In this document: one piece after another, positions 50,354-61,873 of the stretch
Numbering within the stretch: position 1 is the stretch's first letter
How the letters are laid out: the number at the start of each line of letters is the position of its first letter
DNA from: Octopus sinensis
Taxonomy: Eukaryota
Assembly: GCF_006345805.1 (NCBI RefSeq)
Contig: NC_043006.1
Location: forward strand, 104,718,001 to 104,782,000
DNA length: 64,000 nucleotides
Direction of reading: 5' to 3'
The notes under the pieces: generated by a model
The model's database searches: none
The model's input: only the letters and a program-made list of their open reading frames with translations
What the model was told of the DNA's origin: nothing
Translations under genes and position numbers: made by a program

Positions 50354-50519
50354 GTTGAAAATTGTTTATTTTGAAATATTTTGTGTTTAAAAGTTGTGCA
50401 ACAACATCCACTGCAAACCTTGATTAATATCTACACAAAATTTTGCCCCTTGTGGGCAAAATTTAAAAGAAAAAATTCTCATAGCCTTCGTGGTTTCATT
50501 TAGCCATTTTATTTCCAAA

Positions 50520-52620
50520 ATGGCCACTGGTCACCACGAGGCTGAGGTGCAAGTCAAGCGTGACGCAGAGGCAGAAAAACAGGATGCTCTGTTACCTTAC
50601 GCTGAACCTGACAACTCCGCCACCATCAACATCGACAACAGCAACAAATACAAAACAAAGGTCGCAAGGCCAAGCACCGTCAACACCATCAGTGAGTCCA
50701 CCACCACCACCAACACCGACAACAACACCATGGCAGAATCTGCTACTAAAACTGCTATCCCTACTAAAGACGTCGCCACCAATAACGATACCAACATCAC
50801 CATCACCGCCACCAAAGACCGTGCCGTCAATGCTACTAATACTACTAACACCACCGCCGTCACCAAGAACGACAATAACAACAACAACAACAACAACAAC
50901 GACGACGACGACGACAACAACAATTCCCTTCAACCACTGCTCACTCCATCACCAACAAGTGAAAAAATAACGACGACAAGCAAACGAAATGCCGAAATTT
51001 GCGCTAATGCAGGACTAAATTACGCAGGCAATTTTCCACCCCTTGCTAGTTGCATAATCAGCAACCACAAACCTACAACCACACCCCTGCCATCAACACC
51101 AACACCACCGGCAGTAACAACAATAACAAAACAACAACAAACTTCGCCGAGGCGATAAAAGAAAAGGTAACAAAAGTTTCGTTTACTACACAACAGATTA
51201 AAGATTGCAGAAACCTTATTACAAATCAAAACGGAAAAATACTCTTACACATACCTCAGCACATACTGAATGAGGAGAAAAAAAAGACAATTGTATATAA
51301 AATCACAAATAAAAAAGTCCAGAAAAGGCAAGCACAGACAAAGTCGAAAAGTGCTTACGCCCCATCTGGGGATACAAGGATTGTGTGACTTGGGCGAACA
51401 AGTTCGCACACGTACAAGTGGTTTTTCAGAATGAAGAGTTGGCGAAGAAATTCTCAACGATAACCCTTCATTCTGATGAACTAACGTTGACACCGAGTTA
51501 CCTCGGCCAGAAGGTGACGAAAGTCATTATCAGTGGTGTCCCCCAAGTGACTACAACACTGTGGATTACATCCGCCTTAACATCCGAAATGGAGGACTTA
51601 AACATCCTAGATATCGGTGTTTCGGAAAACAAGGACTGGCTGGGAAAGAGAATAGAGTTCCTCTTCCACATAAGTCAAGAGGACATAAATAAAATCCCCA
51701 CCCACGTACATCTTGAGGATGGCCGCAAGTTATACGTAGTAGTCGAGGGCAGAAGGCCACGATGCTATACATGTGGCAGTGAGGCACACCTCCAAAAGGA
51801 GTGCAAATCTGCCGCAAAATTACAACAACAACAACAGCCACAGGAAAAATCACAAAAGCCAGGATTATTGCCCACACCACAATATGGACAGCTAGTCAAG
51901 AAGCTGTATGCGGAAATGCAGAAAAACAACAAAGAACAAGCCAACCCAACCAAACAACACCAACACCAGCGCCAAGAACAGAATCATCACCACCAACAAC
52001 CAATAAACCAATTCCAACACCAAGAATAACAACGAAGAAGACAAGCGCCAAGGATGTAGGAGAGACAATAACCACAACAAACCCCCAGCAACACCCTCCC
52101 CGCGCACCACAACAATATCTACAACCGTACAAACACACCCAGACGCTTTACCCTTGCCCCCTGCTGATTCGTCAGACTTTTCATCTAACGATGAAAGTTC
52201 GACAGAATGGCAAATAGCCACAGGGGTAAAAGAAAAAGATCAAGAAAAACCAAACAGAAATCGCAACCAAAGCAGGGAGATACCTGAACCCTGAAAACTC
52301 CATACACAACAAAACAAGCACCAACACCACAAAAAAATGCTATCAGCGATAGACACAAAAGACTCCAAACTAATGGAGTACATCACAGGATACACAAAAT
52401 TTGTGAAGATGACTTTAAAAATAGCAATCATCCACGCACTACACCACCCAAACACATCAAAATACTACACATCACACAAACACAACACCACAAACTCAAA
52501 GCCCTCTTCCCAAATGCTGTAGGGGGTTTCCAGAAATATCTGTCCCAAAAACTATATAGAAACCTCCTCGAAGACACATCAAAGAACGAGGAAGCCAAAA
52601 CTTTCGACACAAGTAAGTAA
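50520..52620 (+). pseudogene. Tx1 ORF1 (T/N-rich N-terminus, CCHC zinc knuckle, Q/H-rich region), frameshifted
   Basis: ATG at 50520; segments 50490-51158, 51050-51388, 51385-52029; VVVEGRRPRCYTCGSEAHLQKEC. Confidence 0.8.
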
Positions 52621-52670
52621 CTCTCTGTACTTTCATTTGTGTGTTTTAAAGCACACACCCCAATAGAATC

Positions 52671-55600
52671 ATGGTCAAGATTGGTTGTGTGAATGCGCGT
52701 GGCTTGGGGTCTCCTTGGAAACAAGGATACCTCCTAAATGACATCAAGTCACATGATTTGGGAATCATAGCCATAAGTGAGACAGACTCCACGAGCCACG
52801 GGCCCTAAAGTCCATGTTTGGCGACAGTTTAACATTTATTTCGCTCCCTGTCTGCCGAGGATGGGCGGTAGTGGCACCGCGGTACTTTTTCACAAGAGCC
52901 TGGAGCTCGAAGTCAAGACGATATTCGTAGACCCGAGGGTAGCACTCGTTCTGGATGTTGACGGCAGCAATGGGTGCGCTTTTCGACTCGTATCAGTCTA
53001 CGCACCGCCCTTAACAGGTCGGGCGGATTTCTTTCGACGTCTAGAAGTATTCTTGGGAACGTCTCGTCCTTTACTCTTAGTGGGGGATTGGAATGCTACC
53101 TTGGACACGCATGTAGACTACGTGGGTAGAGACAGAAACAGAAGGGGATGCAAATGCCTCAGAGACCTGCTCAGACGATTCCAATTGTCTGACAGGTACC
53201 GACTCGACCACCCAAATGCACCAACGTGGACATGGAGCAACCGCAGTGGGTCGTCGAGATCGTATCTAGATAGGATACTGTGTAGGACAGTAGACAAGGA
53301 TAACTTAGGATGACCACAATTCCACACAGTCAGCTACACGGATCACAAATTGGTGACGTGTACGCTAGACTTAGATAAGGCACATAGACAGGGTCCTGGG
53401 TACTGGAAACTGAACGCATCATTCCCGTCCAGACAAGTTTTCAGAGACCGGATTAGCACACTAGTAAGAGGGCTTTGACGGGAGCCATCATCAACAACAA
53501 ATGGTGGTTTGCCCTCAAGAGCAGTAAAAGCAGAAGCGATTAGGTACAGCAAAGCACTAGCCATAGATAGAAATAGAGTAGAGGGTGAGCTAGTTAAGAA
53601 GCTAGAAGAGGCAATTAGAAGCGGCATCGCATCCGACGTTTTGGCGGCGAGGTTGGCCCTCGACCAACACTTCAACGCCAAACACGAAGGATGTGCTGTC
53701 AGAGCTAGGATGCGTGCTCTAAGGAACGAAGGTGTTGGAGCCGCGAGAGAGGCCCGGGTGACAGAGGCGCAACAGGGCAACAAAGCCCCATTCGGTCACT
53801 GGTAGATGAACAGGGGCGCGAATTGCTCGAGCCAAGTAAAATGTGTGAGGCCTTTCAGCAGCATTTTGCCCGACTGTTCGGGACGAGTGGAGGGCAAGAA
53901 CGTAGGGTAGACTTCAGTGCCTACCTACATAGCCTGCCACGACTCTCGACAAGAAAGGCAGGGTGCTGCGAAGGTGCCATCACGGCGGCGGAAGTGCGGG
54001 AAGCGATGGCAGAATGCTCGAGGGACAAATCACCGGGTTTGGATGGTCTACCCCGAATTTTTACTATTGTATGCCAGACTTGTTTGGAGACGTCTTGGCA
54101 GCGGTATACTGCAACTGGCAGCAAAACGGGAGCATACCCGGTTTTGTGAGTCGAGGAGCTGTAACTCTCTGCTGAAGAATCCAAACAAGGGAACATTATA
54201 GATAACTTTAGGCCAATCACTCTGCTCAATGCAGACCTGAAAATTTTGACAAAGGTGTTAGCCAAGAGGTTGGCGCTTGTCATGGAGAAACTGGTCGACA
54301 ACGCACAAACGTGCGCCGTGCCGGGCCGGAGCATCCATGACAACCTCCATCTGATGCGCTACATCATAGACAGGGTAGTTAACGAACCTGGCATGGGTGG
54401 GGCCCTGATCAACTTGGATCAATCGAAAGCCTTTGATAGGGTAGACCATCGATACTTGGAGGCAGTCCTGAGAGCGGCTGGTTTCGGTCCGGTCTTCCGC
54501 GGCTGGATAGCTGCCTTGTACAGAGGCATCCGTTCGGTAATTCGCGTAAATGGACATCTATCGAGACCCTTCGACATTGCACGTTCGGTCCGTCAGGGAT
54601 GCCCCCTCTCGGCGCTTCTATACGTATTGACTCTTGAGCCACTACTGCGGAAGCTGGCGACTCTGAGGGGCATCCCGCGAGAATTAGGATGCGGGACGAG
54701 CGTGTCTGCATACGCGGACGACGTCACCGTCATAGTGTCAAGCCACGAGCACATCGAGCGGGTCGGCGAGACACTGAAAGACTACGAAGCGGTGACAGGA
54801 GCAAAAATCAACCGGGAAAAGTCAGTGGTCTTGCGGCTCGGCACCTGGAGAAGCAAACCCATGCCGTCCACCAGTACCTCCGTCGTGGGACGCTGGACAG
54901 ACGGCCCGGTTGAGTTGCTCGGGGTCTGGTTCGGTCCGGACCTCCAAATGGAGAAGAACTGGAACGAGATAACGAGTAGGGTGGTCACTCTCGCCCAGCA
55001 ATGGGCCGAGAGGAAACTGTCCCTAAAAGGTCGGGCGGAGGTGGTAACGACGCGTGCATCGCGTCCATCATCTACTACCGCCTGACCGTCGTACCTTGTC
55101 CCGACCCTACCATCACCAAACTAGAACGCATCCTCTTCCGCTTCTTGTGGAAAGGATGCGTCCCGATGGTCAGGCGATCCATTTGCTGTCAACACCCGTT
55201 AAAAGGAGGGCTGGGCATGCCGTGGTTGATGATGCGCAGACACGCACTGAGACTGCGACATCTCCGGCTCTATCTAGACGACGGTGAACAGGTGTGGTCG
55301 CCGTTTGTGAGGCACGCATTCCCGCAACTCGTCTCCATGACCGAACTACAGTCGTGGATCAAAAAGAGGCCGAAGAAGGGCGAATGGCACCGCGAGTGTC
55401 GCGTTGCTCTCAAGCAACTCTGCCGTCCCGGGTCGACCTTGAGTGACTTCAACACAACCAAAGCATTCTATAGGGGATTAGTGGAGGGGAGGTACGACGA
55501 CGAGCTCGGGGCAAACCTGGGCGTCGACGAGGAATACCTGACCCGCCTGTTTCAAACGACTTTCGGCCGGGACCTATGGACAACTTCCAGAGATCCCTGG

Positions 55601-56094
55601 CCTGGCGGTGCTACCGAGAAGCGCTACCCGTTCGGGATAAGCTCTATAGGCATGGCTCGAGAACACGGGGCCGACCTGCCCGAGATGCGGTCAGAGCGAC
55701 GAACCGCTCTGCACGCAATCGTGCAGTGTCCAGCAATTTCCCACCTGTGGGCTTATGTCGAACGACTGCTGTCACGTGTGGGACGTGTCGGTTTATCCGC
55801 CGAGTCTATCGTTAATATCGTCACGCGCTCCTTCCTTCAAACGGGAAGGAAGAGCTATTTTTATCATACTTGTGGCTATGGCGAAAGAATGTATCTGGTG
55901 GACGCGTCTGAAAGGATTAGAGACAAACACTTTCCTCTCTGGTCAATCTCTCATCAACTTCTTCAAGTATCACTTGAAGAAAAAAGTGAGAGTAGAGAGG
56001 CAAGTTTGTCTAGTGAATGTTTTAAAAAAAATGGGTGAATGTAGCAAGGATGGCACGTATGAATGACGAAGCCACCTTGACTATGATTCTATGA
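52671..56094 (+). pseudogene. Tx1 ORF2 (APE endonuclease, reverse transcriptase, C-terminal Cys/His region), many frameshifts and stops
   Basis: MVKIGCVNARGL, AISET, RLVSVYAP, LVGDWNA, SYLDRIL, TDHK, GYWKLN, KSPGLDGLP, NFRPITLLNADLKI, LDQSKAFDRVDH, VRQGCPLS, YADD, GGLGMP. Confidence 0.92.
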
Positions 56095-56494
56095 ACCGTA
56101 AAAATTAATACAGAGAGTTGCTTATTTGCAAAAAAAAAAAAAGAAATATAACATGTGACTTCATTGACCGAGGTTACCGTGTTTTTCCGTAGGCTTTTCT
56201 TTCCACGGGTAAACCTCACCTGTCCTCCCCTTTACACTTCATATTGACATTTCTGTGATAACGATCCCTATTGATCAATTTTTTTTTCCTCTCCCCCTTT
56301 TTTTTAACCCCCCCTTTTTTGTCCTCTTTCTCTCCTTTTACGATCCCTTTTGATCGACCCCCCCTTTTTTTTTATTTTTATTTTTATTTTAATATTAATT
56401 ATTATTTTTTAATTTTTTTTTAACCTTCAAAAGAAAAGCTCTACCTTGTAATTTGTTCTATCTGTGTGCAGCCCTGTGGGCTAATAAAGAAACA

Positions 56495-56545
<51 letters not shown>

Positions 56546-56602
56546 ATGTTTTCGTCTGTCTGTTTGTGTATGCAAACTTACAATACGCGCACTATATATA
56601 TA

Positions 56603-56663
<61 letters not shown>

Positions 56664-57305
56664 TGTGTGTTGTGGTGGCGTTCTCGCGTGTTTGCATGTA
56701 TGTGTATATAAATAAATAAATAAATGAATATATATATATATATATATATATATTATGTATATATCTTCTAGCCATTATACCAATGAGTCAGTGAGCAATA
56801 ACCTACACGCCCCTATTGTCACTGTATTTATGTTGTCACGAATCTTCATTCATTTGGAGTTGCCAGACATCGCAAATACCTCGCTAAAATTTTTGTTTTT
56901 CACTGGCCTTGTTTAACCTCTCCCGTTTTATAGTGATTCATCTTTTTGTTCGTACTGAAATTGTGTTTTAAAATTTAGTGGGAAAACTATATTTCTTTCT
57001 CTTAAGTACATATTTACACACGCCCATACACGCATACAGACAACCATAAACTTTCGTAAGACATATATATACATACAAATACGTACATATTCATAAAAAC
57101 GCGCGAAGACACGCATACTTGCGATCCTCCTTAATAGTGATAGCCGACAGGTGTAGTAAAAGCAATTGCAAGCATAGATTATAGAGAGCGAGGTTCCAAT
57201 GAAGAAGAAATACTGTGGATTTTCGTTTTGCTATGGGAACTGTAACGACGGATACAGCGACGAAAACAAGGAAATACAAATGAATCGGGAGTGCTTGAGT
57301 TGAAA

Positions 57306-57700
57306 TCTCTCTATATATATAAAGCTGAAGTTGTCTGTGTGTGGCAGGTTTGGTAGCCTTTAACTAACACTATCTCCTCCGAGACCCTGTGGTGCAAGTT
57401 GACCAAAATTGAGAGTGTGATAGGTGAAGGCTTGCTCTTCCTTCCGTAGAAGAAAAAATTCAAATTGGACCATGTTAACACCAAAAATTTTTAACATCAA
57501 AAGGTGCTTTTTCTCTATGAAAATCACTATTTTTTACGATATTTTTCACTGCTGTGTCGCCATTTTTCGGTGTATTTCAACCGAAAAAATGTTCACTTAA
57601 AGAGAATAACAAGCTACATAATGCATAATTTTTACTTTTCAAAAATCCCAATTCTAAAGGGTCGAAACAAAACCCGAGCAACACCGGGCGATACTGCTAG
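57306..57700 (+). mobile_element. Non-autonomous Helitron (~395 bp)
   Basis: 5' TC start, 3' hairpin cccg-agcaacac-cggg followed by CTAG, inserted between A57305 and T57701. Confidence 0.75.
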
Positions 57701-57991
57701 TTCTATATAAGGACAGACAGCATCGAAGTGGTTTCCCTTTATTGAGCTTTACAGAGAGTTAGTTGCTGTTGGGAGTTGAAGTATTCCGTGGCACTGAAGA
57801 AAAAGGGCAATCATTGTGATGTAGTCTTGACTCCATCGCCGATACTTGCTTTTCTCATTTGTAGCCACTACAGGGTTATCGTTTGCGTGCTATTCATGAT
57901 TGGAATGATATTGGGGGCTCAGTAAAGTTTTTCGTAATATGCGCAAGTACGGTAATCCAGAATCCATCTATCTATCTATATATATATATAT

Positions 57992-58078
<87 letters not shown>

Positions 58079-58851
58079 GATAGGCAGTTAGGCAGATAGA
58101 TATAGATAGTATGTGATAAGGGATCAGATAATCCAGGTGTCTACCTCTGGTAGTACTCCTACGAAAAAAGGTTACATAGAAAATCTTTATGAAGGAGAAT
58201 TTCCTCACCAGAAACATTAGTTTCAAAAAAGAAGAAAAAAAAAGAAAGAAAACTCCCGTAAAGTTGTCTTCCCTTGTGGATCCTAGATAAAAAGCAAAGA
58301 ATGAATTTACTGGTATAACATTTATTCCATGATTTAAAATCATTTCAATATCGTGGTGGATAACAGCTCAAATAACATGCGGAAATCTACAGACGGGAAA
58401 TATTCCTTTCTAAATATAGTAAACTTGATATCTTGAAGTAACTAACAGACAAACATCAAGACATAGGAATCAATTGATAAATGCAACTTCTGAAATTATA
58501 TTATCAAGAAATACAATAAATGCGTCTATTCATTCGTTTCTCTTTCAAAATTCTAAAATTAGGTTCTCCTTGTGGAATCAAGTAATAACCACCCACTGGA
58601 TTATCTTAGCATGTATTTCTTATGTATCAGAAATCCTCCCATTTGGATTGTCTTTTATTTGTTCATTCGGTTATGAATAAATGATTATATAACAGTCATA
58701 TAACATTATGTAATCGACATGACAATATAATTGTTCTCATCCTTATTGTCATGCATGTCATTTGATTTGCCACCTACACACATTATGGAATAACTGAAAT
58801 AACAGTAACGCCATCCTTTGTTTACTCTCTCTTCGTGTATGTATATATTAT

Positions 58852-58885
<34 letters not shown>

Positions 58886-59002
58886 GATAGATATATATAT
58901 ATATAGGGTCGAAACTTTTTTCTATTTCTGATCGTTATACTAATACATCTGTTTGGTTTGTACAGCACCTGTCTTCGTCTGTTGATTTTTCGTAAACTCT
59001 CC

Positions 59003-59068
<66 letters not shown>

Positions 59069-59070
59069 AT

Positions 59071-59104
<34 letters not shown>

Positions 59105-59123
59105 CATATATACATATACATCA

Positions 59124-59186
<63 letters not shown>

Positions 59187-59215
59187 ATATAAAATCAGCA
59201 GAAATTCAACAAAAC

Positions 59216-59253
59216 CTGTCACTCGGAGTTTCACTTTCCCGTTCGTCGGACAG
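59216..59253 (-). ncRNA. Hammerhead-like fold with U4C and G17
   Basis: Minus strand ctgt-CCGACGA-ac-gggaaa-gt-GAAAC-tccga-GTG-acag; all three stems pair. Confidence 0.45.
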
Positions 59254-59257
59254 TTTG

Positions 59258-59299
<42 letters not shown>

Positions 59300-59846
59300 G
59301 TATGTATGCAAATATACACATAGATCGATAAATTTGGTAGGACACAAATATATAGTACTCGTTACATGACTATACATTCATGCATTCATGGATGTATACA
59401 TTCACACATACATAAATACACATGTATATACAATGCGTATTTGGAGGGTGGTGTTAATAGCTGGAAATTCCATCGTCTACTTCTCTTATGGTAGAGCACT
59501 GTCGTGCTAACTATGAAACTTATTCATCCATTCCACAATATCTGTTAACTACCACAATTGATTGTTTTGCTGTTATATCAACAAATTCTGTGTATTATAT
59601 TTTACTTGTACAATTTCTTCTGTAGTTCTTTTGTTGTTGATGATACATACAAAACAAAGACTTTTTAGTATAAATCTAACAGCTAATTCTTTGTGATTAT
59701 CTACTACGTTTCTCTATATATTCTATAAACAATTGCGATGTTTTAGCGACTTGGTACAGATGCAAGAATATCCGTCACGTCATCATGTTGTTTTATATTT
59801 CTTTGATCACAATGTTTCCGTAATAGTTTTATATATATATACATAC

Positions 59847-59877
<31 letters not shown>

Positions 59878-60762
59878 ATATATATATATATATTATATAT
59901 ATATGTATGTATGTATGCATTCTTGTATGAGGAAAAAGAAAACAGAGAAATTAATATATAGACATCAATTTATTTGAGCAAATTTCATTCAGTATAACAT
60001 GAAATTATTTACACCTACAGCTGTTTCCATACACAATTAATTCAATTTGAGCAATTAAATTAAATTCATTTAAATTTTCATATCGAATATCGTTAATTAA
60101 CATTTATATATTTATTTCGCTATTTTCTTTTTTCTCGTACAAGAGTATTTATATATATATATCCATCTGTGTGAAGCTAATACTTTTGTCTTTTCACTGA
60201 AGAACTGGATATAACCGGAGAACTTGGATGGTAACCTCCCTTTAAGAGGATTTGCTATCCCTGATGTAATTATATATATATATATATATGTGTGTGTGGT
60301 GTGTGTGTGTGTATGTGTGTATAGATACACATACACACACACATATATATATATGCATACGCACACGCACACACGCACACAAATATGCATGTATACATCG
60401 TTGCTATTATGTCCAAATTTGGCCAAATGCGTTTTTTTTCAATAACTACCGTATCTTCAGCTATTTCAGAAGAGAATTGTCGAAGTTTAGTACAATGTTT
60501 TAGCATTTTTCAAAACTGTAGTAAGCCCTCACATACAATTGTTTTGTAAAAAAAAATTCTGACTGGAAATATCATACCTGCGTGGAGTCATGTTTTTAAG
60601 CACACCAAAAATAATATTGTTAAGCTGAAACTGTTTCGAATTTAAAAAGAACTGGAATAGAGAAACTATCTTTTTCTTTTCTGAAAATCCAACGCTTTGG
60701 ACTTACGACACTTTTGCAAAATAGTATTGATACATACAAACATATATATATATATACATATA

Positions 60763-60822
<60 letters not shown>

Positions 60823-60827
<5 letters not shown>

Positions 60828-61647
60828 AAAGTTAAATGCGATACAATAAAATTAATTATAATCGCCGGTGTACCAGTACACGCCATATATTATTCATATA
60901 TAAATTACATTCAAGGCGAAGTGTGCACTAGATACACAAAAGCTGGATAAATTTAGTGAGATGAAAATTAAAAACTTTTACAAACTTAGCTTTTCTTATA
61001 CTGCAGTTTCGCCAAATTCAGTAATAAAAATAATATTTATTTACTCAGGCTGGCTCTTCAGTAACATTCCTGTTAATTATGGGAAGACCATATTAATAGA
61101 CCCATGTGCGTCTATTGAAATGCTCTTTCTAAACTATTCAAAACACTGCGCAGACTCAGAACATACCCGACAAAATAGGGGATTGTGGTATATCGTCTAA
61201 CGCTCAGAAATTTATCGAGAGAATATGTAAACAAAGTTAAATGCGATACAATAAATTTAATTATAATCGCCGGTGTACCAGTACACGCCATATATTATTC
61301 ATATATAAATTACATTCAAGGCGAAGTGTGCACTAGATACACAAAAGCTGGATAAATTTAGTGAGATGAAAATTAAAAACTTTTACAAACTTAGCTTTTC
61401 TTATACTGCAGTTTCGCCAAATTCAGTAATAAAAATAATATTTATTTACTCAGGCTGGCTCTTCAGTAAGATTCCTGTTAATTATGGGAAGACCATATTA
61501 ATAGACCCATGTGCGTCTATTGAAATGCTCTTTCTAAACTATTCAAAACACTGCGCAGACTCAGAACATACCCGACAAAATAGGGGATTGTGGTATATCG
61601 TCTAACGCTCAGAAATTTATCGTGAGAATATGTAAACAAAGTTAAAT
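60823..61647. repeat. Tandem repeat, 405-bp unit, 2 copies plus 15 bp
   Basis: taaacaaagttaaat at 60823, 61228 and 61633; 3 substitutions seen between copies. Confidence 0.93.
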
Positions 61648-61667
61648 ATATAGATAGATAGATAGAT

Positions 61668-61873
61668 GTAGGAGTTTTTAAATCAAAGCTGGACCTCTTC
61701 CTGTCGAGAGTCCCAGATGAACCTACCTCACTGCAGGAGGTGCAAATGAGGGTAGCTATATCAAACTCCATTCTTCACCAAGTGCCACATATTACAGGTG
61801 GCTGTTAGTAATAACAGAGTAGCAAATCGGCGGTGCATCAGCATGGCCGCAACTCTGAGCTGAAACTAGCAAA
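61668..61873 (+). mobile_element. LINE 3' end (CR1-group-like ORF2 C-terminus plus 3' UTR)
   Basis: VFKSKLDLFLSRVPDEPT..RVAISNSILHQ-stop, then tail ggcggtgcatcagcatggccgcaactctgagctgaaac; clade assignment from recall of the FK..LD.FL..PDEP motif. Confidence 0.65.

Larger units (their letters stand above)
50354..56495 (+). mobile_element. Near full-length, disrupted Tx1/L1-clade LINE
   Basis: Two-ORF layout, AATAAA-bearing 3' end at 56482-56492, (TCTA)n on both sides; 5' boundary uncertain. Confidence 0.9.

Noticed and set aside
52613-52651. GTAAGT...AG mini-intron that could join Tx1 ORF1 and ORF2
   Set aside because: Only 39 nt, and GTAAGTAA simply contains the natural ORF1 stop (..TFDTSK-stop).
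60194-60232. ttca-CTGAAGA-a-ctgg..ccgg-AGAAC hammerhead-like string
   Set aside because: GAAAC is scrambled and there is no NUH triplet; possibly a decayed copy but not supportable.
60961-61605. Duplicated 79-aa ORF MKIKNFYKL...
   Set aside because: Identity between copies is explained by the recent 405-bp duplication; no coding evidence.
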